From a virus (Duplodnaviria > Heunggongvirae > Uroviricota > Caudoviricetes): a stretch of DNA of 51,780 nucleotides. The stretch lies in the IMG/VR virus record IMGVR_UViG_2541047930_000003; one strand, given 5' to 3'. The translations under genes and the position numbers were made by a program. Positions 9,006-18,438 of the stretch are shown here, piece after piece. The notes below the pieces were generated by a model. The model ran no database searches and was not told where the DNA came from. It was given only the letters and a program-made list of their open reading frames with translations. Position 1 is the stretch's first letter. Each line of letters opens with the position of its first letter.

Positions 9006-9800
9006 ATGGCTTCAAACTGGATAAAGCTCGAGGTTATTACGCCGGATAAGCCGGAAATATTCAGGCTTGCTGAGATTCTGAATATTGATCCAGATGCCGC
9101 ATTAGGGAAAGTCATTCGCTTCTGGGCATGGGCGGATCAACAAATGATAGACGGTAACGCAGAGTGTAACGCTCGCGGCGTTACAAAAAGTGCAATAGAT
9201 CGCATCACTTTTATGGCTGGTTTTGCTGATGCGTTAATTCAGGTTGGATGGCTGGTCGAAAATAACGGTGGGCTTTCTCTACCTAACTTTGAACGTCATA
9301 ACGGAAAAAGCTCTAAAAAACGGGCGATTACAAACGAGAGGGTTACAAAAATACGCGAACTGAAACGAAAAGGTAACGCTGCCAGCGTTACACAAACGGA
9401 TCAAAAAGCGTTACCAGAGGAAGAGGAAGAGGAAGAGGAAGATATAAATACTGATCTCCCCCTAAATCCCCCTCGCCAAAAACGAGCATCTAAAAAATTC
9501 GAGCCGGAGGCTATTGAGTTGCCCGATTGGTTGCCGGAAACACTCTGGCATGAGTGGGTCCGGTTCAGGCAGGCATTGCGAAAACCGATTCGAACGGAGC
9601 AGGGCGCTAACGGGGCGATACGGGAACTGGAAAAATTCCGCCAGCAGGGTTTTACCCCTGAGCAGGTGATTCGACATAGCATCGCCAATGAATACCAGGG
9701 CTTGTTCGCGCCGAAAGGTGTTCGGCCTGAGACGTTGCTCAGACAGGTTAACACTGTCTCGTTGCCGGACAGTGCGATCCCGCCAGGCTTCAGGGGGTAA
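9006..9800 (+). CDS. Replication initiation protein (lambda O-like / YdaU-like, 264 aa) with internal poly-Glu linker
   Basis: Met27 of ORF 8928..9800 with AGGTGA RBS; precedes the DnaC-like loader; EEEEEEEED linker; palindromic repeats in and near the 5' part. Confidence 0.65.
   Translation: MASNWIKLEVITPDKPEIFRLAEILNIDPDAALGKVIRFWAWADQQMIDGNAECNARGVTKSAIDRITFMAGFADALIQVGWLVENNGGLSLPNFERHNGKSSKKRAITNERVTKIRELKRKGNAASVTQTDQKALPEEEEEEEEDINTDLPLNPPRQKRASKKFEPEAIELPDWLPETLWHEWVRFRQALRKPIRTEQGANGAIRELEKFRQQGFTPEQVIRHSIANEYQGLFAPKGVRPETLLRQVNTVSLPDSAIPPGFRG
9415..9438 (+). repeat. (GAGGAA)4 microsatellite encoding the poly-Glu linker of the replication protein
   Basis: gaggaagaggaagaggaagaggaagat read directly. 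Confidence 0.8.
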
Positions 9801-9806
9801 CGAACC

Positions 9807-10553
9807 ATGAAAAATATTGCGACAGGCGGCGTTCTGGAACGCATCCGCCGACTGACCCCGCCACATGTAACCGCCCCATTCAGAACGGTAGCGGAGTGGC
9901 GCGAGTGGCAACTTGCTGAAGGCCAGAAACGTAGCGAGGAGATCAACCGCCTGAATCGCCAGTTGCGGGTGGAAAAAATTCTGAATCGCTCAGGCATCCA
10001 GCCGTTGCACCGTAAATGCTCGTTTGCGAATTACCAGGTGCAGAACGACGGTCAGCGATACGCGTTGAGCCAGGCGAAATCTATCGCTGATGAACTGATG
10101 ACCGGGTGTACAAATTTTGCGTTCAGCGGAAAACCTGGTACCGGAAAAAACCATCTGGCGGCGGCTATCGGGAATCGCCTGCTGAAAGATGGCCAGACAG
10201 TGATTGTGGTTACCGTGGCTGATGTCATGAGTGCTCTACACGCCAGCTATGACGACGGGCAATCAGGCGAAAAATTTTTGCGGGAACTGTGCCAAGTGGA
10301 TCTGCTGGTTCTTGATGAAATTGGCATTCAGCGCGAGACAAAAAACGAGCAGGTGGTGCTGCACCAGATTGTTGATCGCCGGACAGCGTCGATGCGCAGC
10401 GTGGGGATGCTGACAAACCTGAACTATGAGGCCATGAAAACATTGCTCGGCGAGCGGATTATGGATCGCATGACCATGAACGGCGGGCGATGGGTGAATT
10501 TTAACTGGGAGAGCTGGCGTCCGAATGTCGTCCAGCCAGGAATTGCGAAGTGA
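9807..10553 (+). CDS. DnaC-like helicase loader ATPase (248 aa, YdaV-like)
   Basis: Walker [18 protein letters not shown], Walker B LLVLDEIG; immediately follows the O-like gene. Confidence 0.85.
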   Translation: MKNIATGGVLERIRRLTPPHVTAPFRTVAEWREWQLAEGQKRSEEINRLNRQLRVEKILNRSGIQPLHRKCSFANYQVQNDGQRYALSQAKSIADELMTGCTNFAFSGKPGTGKNHLAAAIGNRLLKDGQTVIVVTVADVMSALHASYDDGQSGEKFLRELCQVDLLVLDEIGIQRETKNEQVVLHQIVDRRTASMRSVGMLTNLNYEAMKTLLGERIMDRMTMNGGRWVNFNWESWRPNVVQPGIAK

Positions 10554-10575
10554 TTTTTACCGGGAGGAAATTTTA

Positions 10576-11337
10576 ATGGAAACCGTTTTTGATGCACTGA
10601 AAGCAATGGGAAAAGCCACGTCGGTAGAACTGGCTGCGCGACTTGATATCAGTCGTGAAGAAGTGCTGAATGAGCTGTGGGAACTTAAAAAGGCTGGCTT
10701 CGTTGATAAAAGCGTATACACCTGGCGTGTGGCTGATAACAACGTTCAGCAGGAACAGCCAGAGCAGGCAGAACTGCCGGAAGAAACCACCACGGCAACA
10801 GTAGCGAAAATCTCAGAGTGCGATTTAACCGCGACGATTGAACAACGTGGCCCACAAACGGCGGATGAACTGGCTACGTTTTTCGGCACCACATCACGCA
10901 AAGTGGCTTCAACGCTGGCAATGGCAATCAGCAAAGGCCGTCTGATTCGCGTTAATCAGAACGGTAAATTTCGTTACTGCATGCCGGGCGATGATTTACC
11001 AGCAGAGCCGAAAGCTGCATCGGTAACGGAAACTGATGGTAAAGCCTTTCCTCAACCAGCAGGTGTTGCGTTACCGGGACAGGAAGCTGCAACACAGGAA
11101 GATATTAAAACAGAAACTGTGGCGGACATTGTGCAGTCGTTGCCATCGTTTACCGAAACGCGAGCGGATGACCTCGTTCTGCCATCGCTGCATATGGCAA
11201 ACCGCGAACTGCGTCGGGCGAAAAATCATGTCCAGAAGTGGGAGCGTGTCTGCGCCGCGCTGCGGGAGCTGAACAAGCACCGGGATATTGTTCGACAGAT
11301 TACTGATTCTTCTCGCTGTGTTGCATCGGAAAAGTGA
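10576..11337 (+). CDS. Hypothetical phage protein, probable winged-helix N-terminus (253 aa)
   Basis: Met18 of ORF 10525..11337 preceded by GGGAGGA RBS. Confidence 0.5.
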   Translation: METVFDALKAMGKATSVELAARLDISREEVLNELWELKKAGFVDKSVYTWRVADNNVQQEQPEQAELPEETTTATVAKISECDLTATIEQRGPQTADELATFFGTTSRKVASTLAMAISKGRLIRVNQNGKFRYCMPGDDLPAEPKAASVTETDGKAFPQPAGVALPGQEAATQEDIKTETVADIVQSLPSFTETRADDLVLPSLHMANRELRRAKNHVQKWERVCAALRELNKHRDIVRQITDSSRCVASEK

Positions 11338-11352
11338 TTGCCGGAGGCGCTT

Positions 11353-11769
11353 ATGGCAAAAGTATTTACACAAGAAGAGCGGGAAAAAATCAAGGGACAG
11401 GTTGTTGAGCTAGTACGCCGGAGTGGGCGCGAGACGTTACGGCAACTGGAAGCCAAGACAGGTGCGACAAGATATCTGATGAGCGTTCTCGCCAGAGAGC
11501 TGGTTGCCAGTGGCGATGTATACAACTCTGGCTACGGGTTATTCCCGTCTGAACAGGCTCGTAAGGACTGGCAAAATGCCCGCAAAAAACTATCTAGGGC
11601 AAAGGTGAAGAAACCATCTGTGGTTGATCCGGACCTTATCTGGTCATTACCTGACGGAGAAATACGTCGTTATGACAGGCACCAAAACATAATTTGCTGT
11701 GAGTGCCGGAAGAGCGAAGTTATGCAGCGCATACTGGCATTTTATCAGAGAAATTTTCGTTATTTATAG
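11353..11769 (+). CDS. Hypothetical phage protein (138 aa)
   Basis: Met6 of ORF 11338..11769 preceded by GGAGG RBS. Confidence 0.5.
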   Translation: MAKVFTQEEREKIKGQVVELVRRSGRETLRQLEAKTGATRYLMSVLARELVASGDVYNSGYGLFPSEQARKDWQNARKKLSRAKVKKPSVVDPDLIWSLPDGEIRRYDRHQNIICCECRKSEVMQRILAFYQRNFRYL

Positions 11770-11932
11770 ACGTTACTCGATTAAAGAGCATTAGTTCAGA
11801 TGTGAATTGACATTTTCACGGCACAGGATTGAGCTAGCGTGGTTGTCTGCTTTGTGTCAAAAGCAGATATTACCAGATTTAGACATCTATTCCCGATAGC
11901 CCTGCTCTGATGCTACACTCTGTGCTATTTTC

Positions 11933-12619
11933 ATGACCCCAATAAAAATATTTATGACTATTGCTGATTTCAAACGGCCTAAATTGGAGCTCCCAAACGG
12001 GGCAAACAAACTACTACTGCACTCTTGCTGTGCTCCATGTTCCGGTGAAGTGATGGAGGCGCTTCAGGCCTCGGGAATCGACTATACCATCTTTTTCTAC
12101 AACCCGAACATTCATCCTCAGAAAGAGTATTTAATTCGTAAGGATGAGAATATTCGCTTTGCTGAACAACACGGCGTGCCATTTATTGATGCTGATTACG
12201 ACACAGACAACTGGTTTGAACGTGCCAAAGGAATGGAATGGGAGCCCGAGAGGGGGATCCGTTGTACCATGTGTTTTGACATGCGTTTTGAGCGGACAGC
12301 GCTGTACGCTGCTGAAAATGGTTTCAGTGTGATCAGCAGTTCACTGGGCATTTCACGCTGGAAAAATATGCAGCAGGTTAACGACTGTGGGCGGCGAGCC
12401 GTCGCGCATTATCCGGGCATGGTGTACTGGGATTATAACTGGCGCAAGCAGGGCGGCTCGTCCCGCATGATTGAAATCAGCAAGCGCGAAAAATTCTATC
12501 AGCAGGAATATTGTGGCTGTGTGTATTCTCTGCGCGATACCAATCTACACCGCAAATCTCAGGGACGCCCTCTTATCAAAATTGGTCAACTCCACTACGG
12601 TAAAGAAGAGAAGGAGTGA
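11933..12619 (+). CDS. DUF208 / QueH-like protein (putative epoxyqueuosine reductase family, Fe-S), 228 aa
   Basis: N-terminal [11 protein letters not shown] motif, which I recall as the DUF208/QueH signature; further Cys (CTMCFD, YCGC); alternative start at 11954. Confidence 0.5.
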   Translation: MTPIKIFMTIADFKRPKLELPNGANKLLLHSCCAPCSGEVMEALQASGIDYTIFFYNPNIHPQKEYLIRKDENIRFAEQHGVPFIDADYDTDNWFERAKGMEWEPERGIRCTMCFDMRFERTALYAAENGFSVISSSLGISRWKNMQQVNDCGRRAVAHYPGMVYWDYNWRKQGGSSRMIEISKREKFYQQEYCGCVYSLRDTNLHRKSQGRPLIKIGQLHYGKEEKE

Positions 12620-12875
12620 TTTTATGGAGCACCTTTCTTATTGATTTCATATTGGCGAGGTAGCGGGAGTTAAGTAAAATTGCTGCGGGTGCTTGAGGCT
12701 ATCTGCCTCAGGCATGAACACCAAAAGGCAGATAGAGAAAAGCCCCAGTTAACATTACGCGTCTCTGCAAGACGCTTAACATTAATCTGAGGCTCAATCT
12801 ATGCTGAACACATGTAGGTTAGCCTCTTACGTGCCGAAAGGCAAGGAGAAGCAGGCTATGAAGCAGTAAAAGGCG

Positions 12876-13013
12876 ATGTTAATCGCCCTGATCGTCATCG
12901 GTTTAACCGTCATAGTGACGGCACTGGTAACGAGGAAAGACCTCTGCGAGGTACGAATCCGAACCGGGCAGACGGAGGTCGCTGTCTTCACAGCTTACGA
13001 ACCTGAGGAGTAA
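12876..13013 (+). CDS. Hok-family type I toxin, HokD/RelF-like; canonical start disrupted by TAA at codon 4, leaving a 45-aa ORF from an internal ATG
   Basis: atg aag cag TAA aag gcg ATG tta atc...; product MLIALIVIGLTVIVTALVTRKDLCEVRIRTGQTEVAVFTAYEPEE matches the Hok TM and periplasmic domains. Confidence 0.6.
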   Translation: MLIALIVIGLTVIVTALVTRKDLCEVRIRTGQTEVAVFTAYEPEE

Positions 13014-13087
13014 GAGACCGGGCGGGAGAGTAATCTCCCGCCACCTCTGATATGTCAGGCATCCTCAACGCACCCGCACTTAACCCG

Positions 13088-13110
13088 CTTCGGCGGGTTT
13101 TTTCACGTAC
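13088..13110 (+). terminator. Rho-independent terminator after the hok locus
   Basis: cccgcttcggcgggtttttt hairpin plus T-tract. Confidence 0.65.
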
Positions 13111-13221
13111 TGTGGTTGTGAATACGATTGGTATTAGGCTATGCTAACAACATTAGCCTGACTAATTTTGTATTGACTTAATTTTTGTTAAAGAACAGGA
13201 CGAAGACGTAAGGGTACACCA

Positions 13222-13401
13222 ATGAGCTACGCACTAAAAAAACACCCGCGATTGACTATTCCCCCTCGCGATAAAAGCGTTGTGGCAGCTCCGCGCCCGG
13301 CTATCGATGAAAATTGCACTCATCGTGAGCAGGTGAAAAATGCTTTCGATTTCGGTTTTTCTCGTTACGAGAAGGCAATGGAAGATCTTTCAAAAGTGTA
13401 A
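13222..13401 (+). CDS. Small ORF (59 aa) upstream of the Doc toxin; candidate cognate antitoxin, not Phd-like by eye
   Basis: Hand translation MSYALKKHPRLTIPPRDKSVVAAPRPAIDENCTHREQVKNAFDFGFSRYEKAMEDLSKV; AAGGG RBS; stop 19 bp before the Doc ATG; below ORF-track cutoff. Confidence 0.4.
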   Translation: MSYALKKHPRLTIPPRDKSVVAAPRPAIDENCTHREQVKNAFDFGFSRYEKAMEDLSKV

Positions 13402-13419
13402 TGATGGGTATTGTGCTCT

Positions 13420-13905
13420 ATGGCTGAGATTGTTGAAGGAGTGCACTACCTTTCGGTTGATGATCTTACTGAAATTAATCGCCTTTTAATTGAGCTTCAA
13501 ACACCAGATGAACCTGTTGGTGTGCTGAGTGTTGATAATTTAAGTTCTTCTCAGTCTCGTCCCAGTATGGTTCGATGGTATGAGCAAACCAACGACATGT
13601 TTGTACTGGCATCGGTATTGATTGAAAGTCTGATTCAGAATCATCCATTTGCCAATGCAAACAAGCGCACAGCAATGATGGCTGGTGCGGTTTTTTTATT
13701 GTTAAATGGATACGAATTAACCGCACCAGGCGATGAAGTTGTGGAGATGGCTGAGGGGCTGGCCTGTAAAATTTATACACGAGAAGAGCTTGAAAATTGG
13801 TTGTGTTATTGGTCTCGTGCGTATGACAGTCGGGAATTATGTAAAACAGGCGCAACTATTGTTTTGTATGAAACTATCAAGCTTAAAATAGAACAGCAAA
13901 ACTAA
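13420..13905 (+). CDS. Doc-family (Fic/Doc) toxin (161 aa)
   Basis: HPFANANKRTA matches the Doc motif HxFx(D/N)(A/G)NKR; N-terminal region resembles P1 Doc; ATG is Met4 of ORF 13411..13905. Confidence 0.75.
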   Translation: MAEIVEGVHYLSVDDLTEINRLLIELQTPDEPVGVLSVDNLSSSQSRPSMVRWYEQTNDMFVLASVLIESLIQNHPFANANKRTAMMAGAVFLLLNGYELTAPGDEVVEMAEGLACKIYTREELENWLCYWSRAYDSRELCKTGATIVLYETIKLKIEQQN

Positions 13906-13920
13906 AGATGCTTCTAATGA

Positions 13921-13944
13921 AAACTCGCTTCGGCGGGTTTTTTG
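13921..13944 (+). terminator. Rho-independent terminator after the Doc gene
   Basis: ctcgcttcggcgggtttttt; near-identical to the terminator after hok. Confidence 0.65.
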
Positions 13945-14128
13945 TTGCGTGCTGAATATGCAGGGTGAAAAATAACCATATATTTGATTATATACACAGC
14001 CAAAAATAAAAGTCATTGTACCTGCACATTAAACAATCAAATATACGACGTGAAATAAATATTTTTCAGATTAATATTTTTGTCTCTATGTGGATATAAC
14101 CTTTTGTACTTATAAACCTGGAGGCATC

Positions 14129-14341
14129 GTGGAAAAAATAAAGAAACTATTTAGTAGCAAATACGCAGTCATACGTCGTGATGACCTGTCAGTTATAGTC
14201 GAAATGGATTACTTCCCTGAAACCCCAAAATCAATGATGTATCGTAATGGTCGAAAGGCAATTTTTTTACCGATGAGGGTAAGTGACATTATGGGAAATG
14301 ATAAACTGCTGGATGAATTGCGAGTCAGAGCATCCTGTTAG
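14129..14341 (+). CDS. Hypothetical small protein (about 70 aa) in an AT-rich moron
   Basis: ORF 14090..14341; GGAGG RBS 5 nt before GTG at 14129; AT-rich flanks distinct from neighbouring phage DNA. Confidence 0.35.
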   Translation: MEKIKKLFSSKYAVIRRDDLSVIVEMDYFPETPKSMMYRNGRKAIFLPMRVSDIMGNDKLLDELRVRASC

Positions 14342-14412
14342 TATTGGCATTAATTCTGATATACTACATAACGGGCTGAACACCCATTCTACTGCGCCAG
14401 CGGAGAACTACG

Positions 14413-15012
14413 ATGGCGCATATACAACTGGTCAAACAAACCTCTTCCGGATTACTTCTCCCGGCGACGCCGGAGAGTTGCGATTTTCTGCATCAAATCA
14501 AAATAGGCGAGTGGATACACGCTGACTTTAAGCGTGTTCGTAACTACGCATTCCACAAGCGTTTTTTCAAACTCCTGCAACTCGGATTCGATTACTGGAC
14601 TCCGGTCGGTGGGGCGATCACTCCTCGCGAACGAAAACTGGTGTCCGGTTTCGTTGATTATCTGTGTGAATCAGTAGGCCGGGAACATACGCCAGCTCTG
14701 AGCGAAGCCGCAGAGCAATATCTGAATACAGTTGCGACACGCAGAACCCGAGATACAGCATTGCTAAAGTCGTTTGAGGCTTTCCGCGAGTGGGTAACCA
14801 TTCAGGCCGGATTTTACACCGAGCATATTTATCCGGACGGTAGCCGTGGGCGCAGGGCGAAATCCATCTCGTTTGCGAATATGGACGAAACCGAGTTTCA
14901 GCAGGTTTATAAATCTGTGCTGAATGTACTGTGGAACTGGATTCTGTTCCGTAAATTTTCCTCTCCGGAACAAGTCGAAAATGTGGCCGCGCAGCTACTG
15001 GAGTTTGCGTAA
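14413..15012 (+). CDS. Hypothetical nin-region protein (199 aa), possibly DUF1367-like
   Basis: ORF with ATG at 14413; position upstream of YbcO-like and Q genes; family assignment from memory only. Confidence 0.45.
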   Translation: MAHIQLVKQTSSGLLLPATPESCDFLHQIKIGEWIHADFKRVRNYAFHKRFFKLLQLGFDYWTPVGGAITPRERKLVSGFVDYLCESVGREHTPALSEAAEQYLNTVATRRTRDTALLKSFEAFREWVTIQAGFYTEHIYPDGSRGRRAKSISFANMDETEFQQVYKSVLNVLWNWILFRKFSSPEQVENVAAQLLEFA

Positions 15013-15302
15013 TGGTGGATTTACGTAAAGCGGCGCGGGGGCAGATGTGCACCGTCAGAATTCCTGGCTACTGCAATCACGATCCGGAAACGTCTGTGCT
15101 GGCGCATTACCGACTGGCGGGAACGTGCGGAACAGCGATAAAGCCACACGATATGCAGGCAGCGATTGCCTGTAGCTCGTGCCACGATTTAATCGACGGG
15201 CGGGTAAAAACCAGCGATTACACCAAAGAAGAATTACGCCTGATGCATGCAGAAGGTGTTTTTCGCACGCAAGAAATCTGGAGAAAGGAAGGTTATTTAT
15301 GA
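15012..15302 (+). CDS. YbcO-like putative Zn-binding nuclease (96 aa, DUF1364-like)
   Basis: 96 aa, several Cys/His (CTVRIPGYCNHD, CSSCHD); same length and position as DLP12 YbcO; TAATG overlap with upstream gene. Confidence 0.5.
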   Translation: MVDLRKAARGQMCTVRIPGYCNHDPETSVLAHYRLAGTCGTAIKPHDMQAAIACSSCHDLIDGRVKTSDYTKEELRLMHAEGVFRTQEIWRKEGYL

Positions 15303-15835
15303 TTTACCCAACAAATACAGGCAAAAGCGGGGAACACCTTCGTCTCACCACGCTGGAAAGTGTCTGGATTCAGGGAAAACTGCGCATGTGGGGGCGCTGG
15401 TCGTATATTGGCGGCGGTAAGACGGGGAATATGTTTAACCAGTTGCTGGCGTCAAAAAAATTGACGAAAACAGCCATCAATGAAGCCCTGCGCAGAATGA
15501 AAAAAGCGGGAATAGAGAAAGCTGAGCTGGAAGCGTTTTTGCGAGAGATGATCAACGGCAAGCAAAAGAGCTGGCTGGCGCATTGTACTGATGCAGAGGC
15601 ACTAAAAATTGATAGTGTTATAGGTGAAGTTCTGGCGGATCATCCAGGACTACTAAATGTCCTGAGTCAGCGTTATGTGGGGCGAGGGATGAGTAAGAGA
15701 AGGATGGCCGAGTTATTAAACGAACAGTACCCAGAGTGGGCGTTGATTACATGCCGACGTCGTGTTGATCAGTGGTTGCGTGTTGCTGAGTTCATTTTGT
15801 ATTCACCTATGAGAGAAGCGTTCGATTATGCTTAA
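15299..15835 (+). CDS. Late-gene antiterminator Q-like protein (178 aa)
   Basis: Met41 of ORF 15179..15835 with AAGGAAGG RBS; last gene before a promoter/terminator pair and the lysis cassette; not lambda-Q-like in sequence. Confidence 0.55.
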   Translation: MIYPTNTGKSGEHLRLTTLESVWIQGKLRMWGRWSYIGGGKTGNMFNQLLASKKLTKTAINEALRRMKKAGIEKAELEAFLREMINGKQKSWLAHCTDAEALKIDSVIGEVLADHPGLLNVLSQRYVGRGMSKRRMAELLNEQYPEWALITCRRRVDQWLRVAEFILYSPMREAFDYA

Positions 15836-15843
15836 AAAATCAT

Positions 15844-15871
15844 TGCAAAATGAGCCACAAACTGCTTCAAT
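15844..15871 (+). promoter_or_regulatory. Candidate late promoter PR' / qut region
   Basis: TTGCAA -35 and TTCAAT -10 about 16 bp apart just downstream of the Q-like gene. Confidence 0.35.
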
Positions 15872-15930
15872 TTCGGTACGCTTCGCATAGCTGTATCGCG
15901 AGGCAAATTAAGCGCATGAACTTTAATACA

Positions 15931-15960
15931 ACCCGCCATTGAGCGGGTTTTGTTGTTTCT
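15931..15960 (+). terminator. Candidate tR' terminator
   Basis: acccgc-cattga-gcgggt hairpin followed by ttttgttgttt, roughly 70 nt downstream of the candidate PR'. Confidence 0.55.
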
Positions 15961-16197
15961 GTGGCGTGATATCAGAAACGACATTTAATAATCGCCTTCA
16001 AAATAAATTTGTTTATACATTGTCATGTATATTTTAAGTGAAAGTGAATTATTCACATAAAATAAAAACACATAAATAAATTTACATAACTTGACGCAAA
16101 GTGTTGTTGCGATTGGAATATTAAATCGTATCATCGAAAACGGTTCTGAGGGGGAACTCTTCTTTGCTCGGTGATATCGCTCCCCTGAAGAACCAAT

Positions 16198-16273
<76 letters not shown>

Positions 16274-16276
16274 TAT

Positions 16277-16351
<75 letters not shown>

Positions 16352-16707
16352 GCATTTGAAACAAGCCTTATTGTATTGCGGCACTGGCGTATTTTTTTAT
16401 TACGTGGGAGCAGGTTGTTTTGAAAAAGCATTCTGTTCTCTGGCTATGATTTGAGGCCGAGTGTAGCCTCAGTGCTGATTTTTTACGGCAGCAGAATGGT
16501 GCATTATCGGTGGAGATTTTGTATTTCCTGGCAGGGTCGGTGATGCATCATTCTGGTGTTGTAAAAGCACCGCAGAGGCGTTCCTCAGGGCGAGGGTGGT
16601 TTAAAGAGTCGGTTTAGCGGGAAACCACAGTATCCATACGGCACGGAATACTTCGGGAGGCACCCGACGCCTCGGTTTTATAACAATTAAATAATTCATC
16701 CCTTAAT

Positions 16708-16740
16708 TGACCAACCGCCGTATCAGGCGGTTTTTTTTAT
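16708..16740 (+). terminator. Rho-independent terminator in the tRNA-to-lysis gap
   Basis: accgccgtatcaggcggtttttttt. Confidence 0.6.
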
Positions 16741-17127
16741 TCCTTTCTCAGGACAAAAAAATACACGAGCATCCAGGAATACTCGTGGGACAACGTCCTT
16801 TGGATAGCAATTTGCGAGAGGGTGAAAAGTAGCGCGGTCGTCGGATTAAGACCGCGGGACAAAGTCCATGAAGAAGAATAAGTATCGGTCTCCTTCCGGA
16901 GACGAGTTGATATTACTAAGCTTTAAAAATGGTTTAAATCCTCAGATCAACCTTAATTTCAGATAAGGTTTATTTCATTTTCTCCGCGTCACATCCGACG
17001 CACATCACATCAGATAACACCACACAAAAGGCATCTGCGGGTGTCTTTGACGGGGTGTTTTTTACGGGCCGCTGGTGGCCATTTTTTGTTTCCATTACAC
17101 AGCGCCCGCATCTGCGAGGTGGGGGTT

Positions 17128-17343
17128 ATGAAATCCATGGATAAGTTAACAACGGGTGTCGCCTATGGCACCTCCGCAGGCAGTGCTGGCTACTGGTTTT
17201 TACAGCTGCTCGATAAAGTCACGCCCTCACAGTGGGCAGCAATAGGTGTGCTGGGTAGCTTGGTATTTGGCCTGCTGACGTACCTGACAAACCTTTATTT
17301 CAAGATTAAAGAAGATAAGCGCAAGGCTGCGAGAGGTGAATAA
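17128..17343 (+). CDS. Phage-21-type pinholin with dual start (antiholin from 17128, holin from 17137)
   Basis: [71 protein letters not shown]; Met-Lys-Ser-Met dual-start motif; GAGGTGGGGG RBS. Confidence 0.85.
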
Positions 17344-17840
17344 TGCCTCCATCATTACGAAAAGCCGTTGCTGCTGCTATTGGTGGCGGAGCAATTGCTA
17401 TAGCATCAGTGTTAATCACTGGCCCAAGTGGTAACGATGGTCTGGAAGGTGTCAGCTACATACCATACAAAGATATTGTTGGTGTATGGACTGTATGTCA
17501 CGGGCATACAGGAAAAGACATCATGCTCGGTAAAACGTATACCAAAGCAGAATGCAAAGCCCTCCTGAATAAAGACCTTGCCACGGTCGCCAGACAAATT
17601 AACCCGTACATAAAAGTTGATATACCGGAAACAACGCGCGGCGCTCTTTACTCGTTCGTTTACAACGTGGGCGCTGGCAATTTCAGAACATCGACGCTTC
17701 TTCGCAAAATAAACCAGGGCGATATCAAAGGCGCATGTGATCAGCTACGTCGCTGGACATATGCTGGCGGTAAGCAATGGAAAGGTCTCATGACTCGTCG
17801 TGAGATTGAGCGTGAAATCTGTTTGTGGGGTCAGCAATGA
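17343..17840 (+). CDS. SAR endolysin (lysozyme with signal-arrest-release N-terminus)
   Basis: N-terminal hydrophobic Gly/Ala-rich segment [20 protein letters not shown] followed by lysozyme-like domain; TAATG overlap with holin. Confidence 0.85.
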   Translation: MPPSLRKAVAAAIGGGAIAIASVLITGPSGNDGLEGVSYIPYKDIVGVWTVCHGHTGKDIMLGKTYTKAECKALLNKDLATVARQINPYIKVDIPETTRGALYSFVYNVGAGNFRTSTLLRKINQGDIKGACDQLRRWTYAGGKQWKGLMTRREIEREICLWGQQ

Positions 17841-18301
17841 ACAGAGTAACCGCGATTATCTCCGCTCTGGTTATCTGCATCATCGTCTGCCTGTCATGGG
17901 CTGTTAATCATTACCGTGATAATGCCATTACCTACAAAGCGCAACGCGATAATGTGAAGGAAAAACTCAACCAGGCGACCGCAATCATTACTGACATGCA
18001 GATACGCCAGCGTGATGTTGCTGCACTCGATGCAAAATACCTGAAGGAGTTAGCTGATGCGAAAGCTGAAAATGATGCTCTGCGTGATGATGTTGCCGCT
18101 GGTCGTCGTCGGTTGCACATCAAAGCAGTCTGTCCGTCCGTGCGTGAAGCCACCATCGCCTCCAGCGTGGATAATGCAGTCTCCCCCAGACTGGCAGACA
18201 CCGCTGAACGGGATTATTTCACCCTCCGGGAACGACTGGTAATGATGCAGGCCCAACTTGAAGGTGCTCAGCAATACATAACCGAACAGTGTTTAAAGTA
18301 A
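17837..18301 (+). CDS. Rz i-spanin
   Basis: [24 protein letters not shown]-terminal TM, then coiled-coil; Met5 of ORF 17825..18301. Confidence 0.85.
   Translation: MNRVTAIISALVICIIVCLSWAVNHYRDNAITYKAQRDNVKEKLNQATAIITDMQIRQRDVAALDAKYLKELADAKAENDALRDDVAAGRRRLHIKAVCPSVREATIASSVDNAVSPRLADTAERDYFTLRERLVMMQAQLEGAQQYITEQCLK
18057..18242 (+). CDS. Rz1 o-spanin lipoprotein embedded in Rz in the +1 frame
   Basis: [20 protein letters not shown] lipobox followed by Pro-rich region; nested entirely within Rz. Confidence 0.85.
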   Translation: MRKLKMMLCVMMLPLVVVGCTSKQSVRPCVKPPSPPAWIMQSPPDWQTPLNGIISPSGNDW

Positions 18302-18438
18302 AATCTTAACTACAATATGATTCATTTTGATGATTGTTTCATAAGGAACAGTGAAGTAAGATCTAAGATGAGTTAAATTTTATACAGTATAATCATAATG
18401 TTGCAGCAAGGTGGTTATAATTGAAAGAATATTTAGAT

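Noticed and set aside
9401-10443. Minus-strand ORFs 9401..9997, 9462..9911 and 10225..10443
   Set aside because: Antisense to the replication initiator and DnaC-like genes; no start context or recognisable product.
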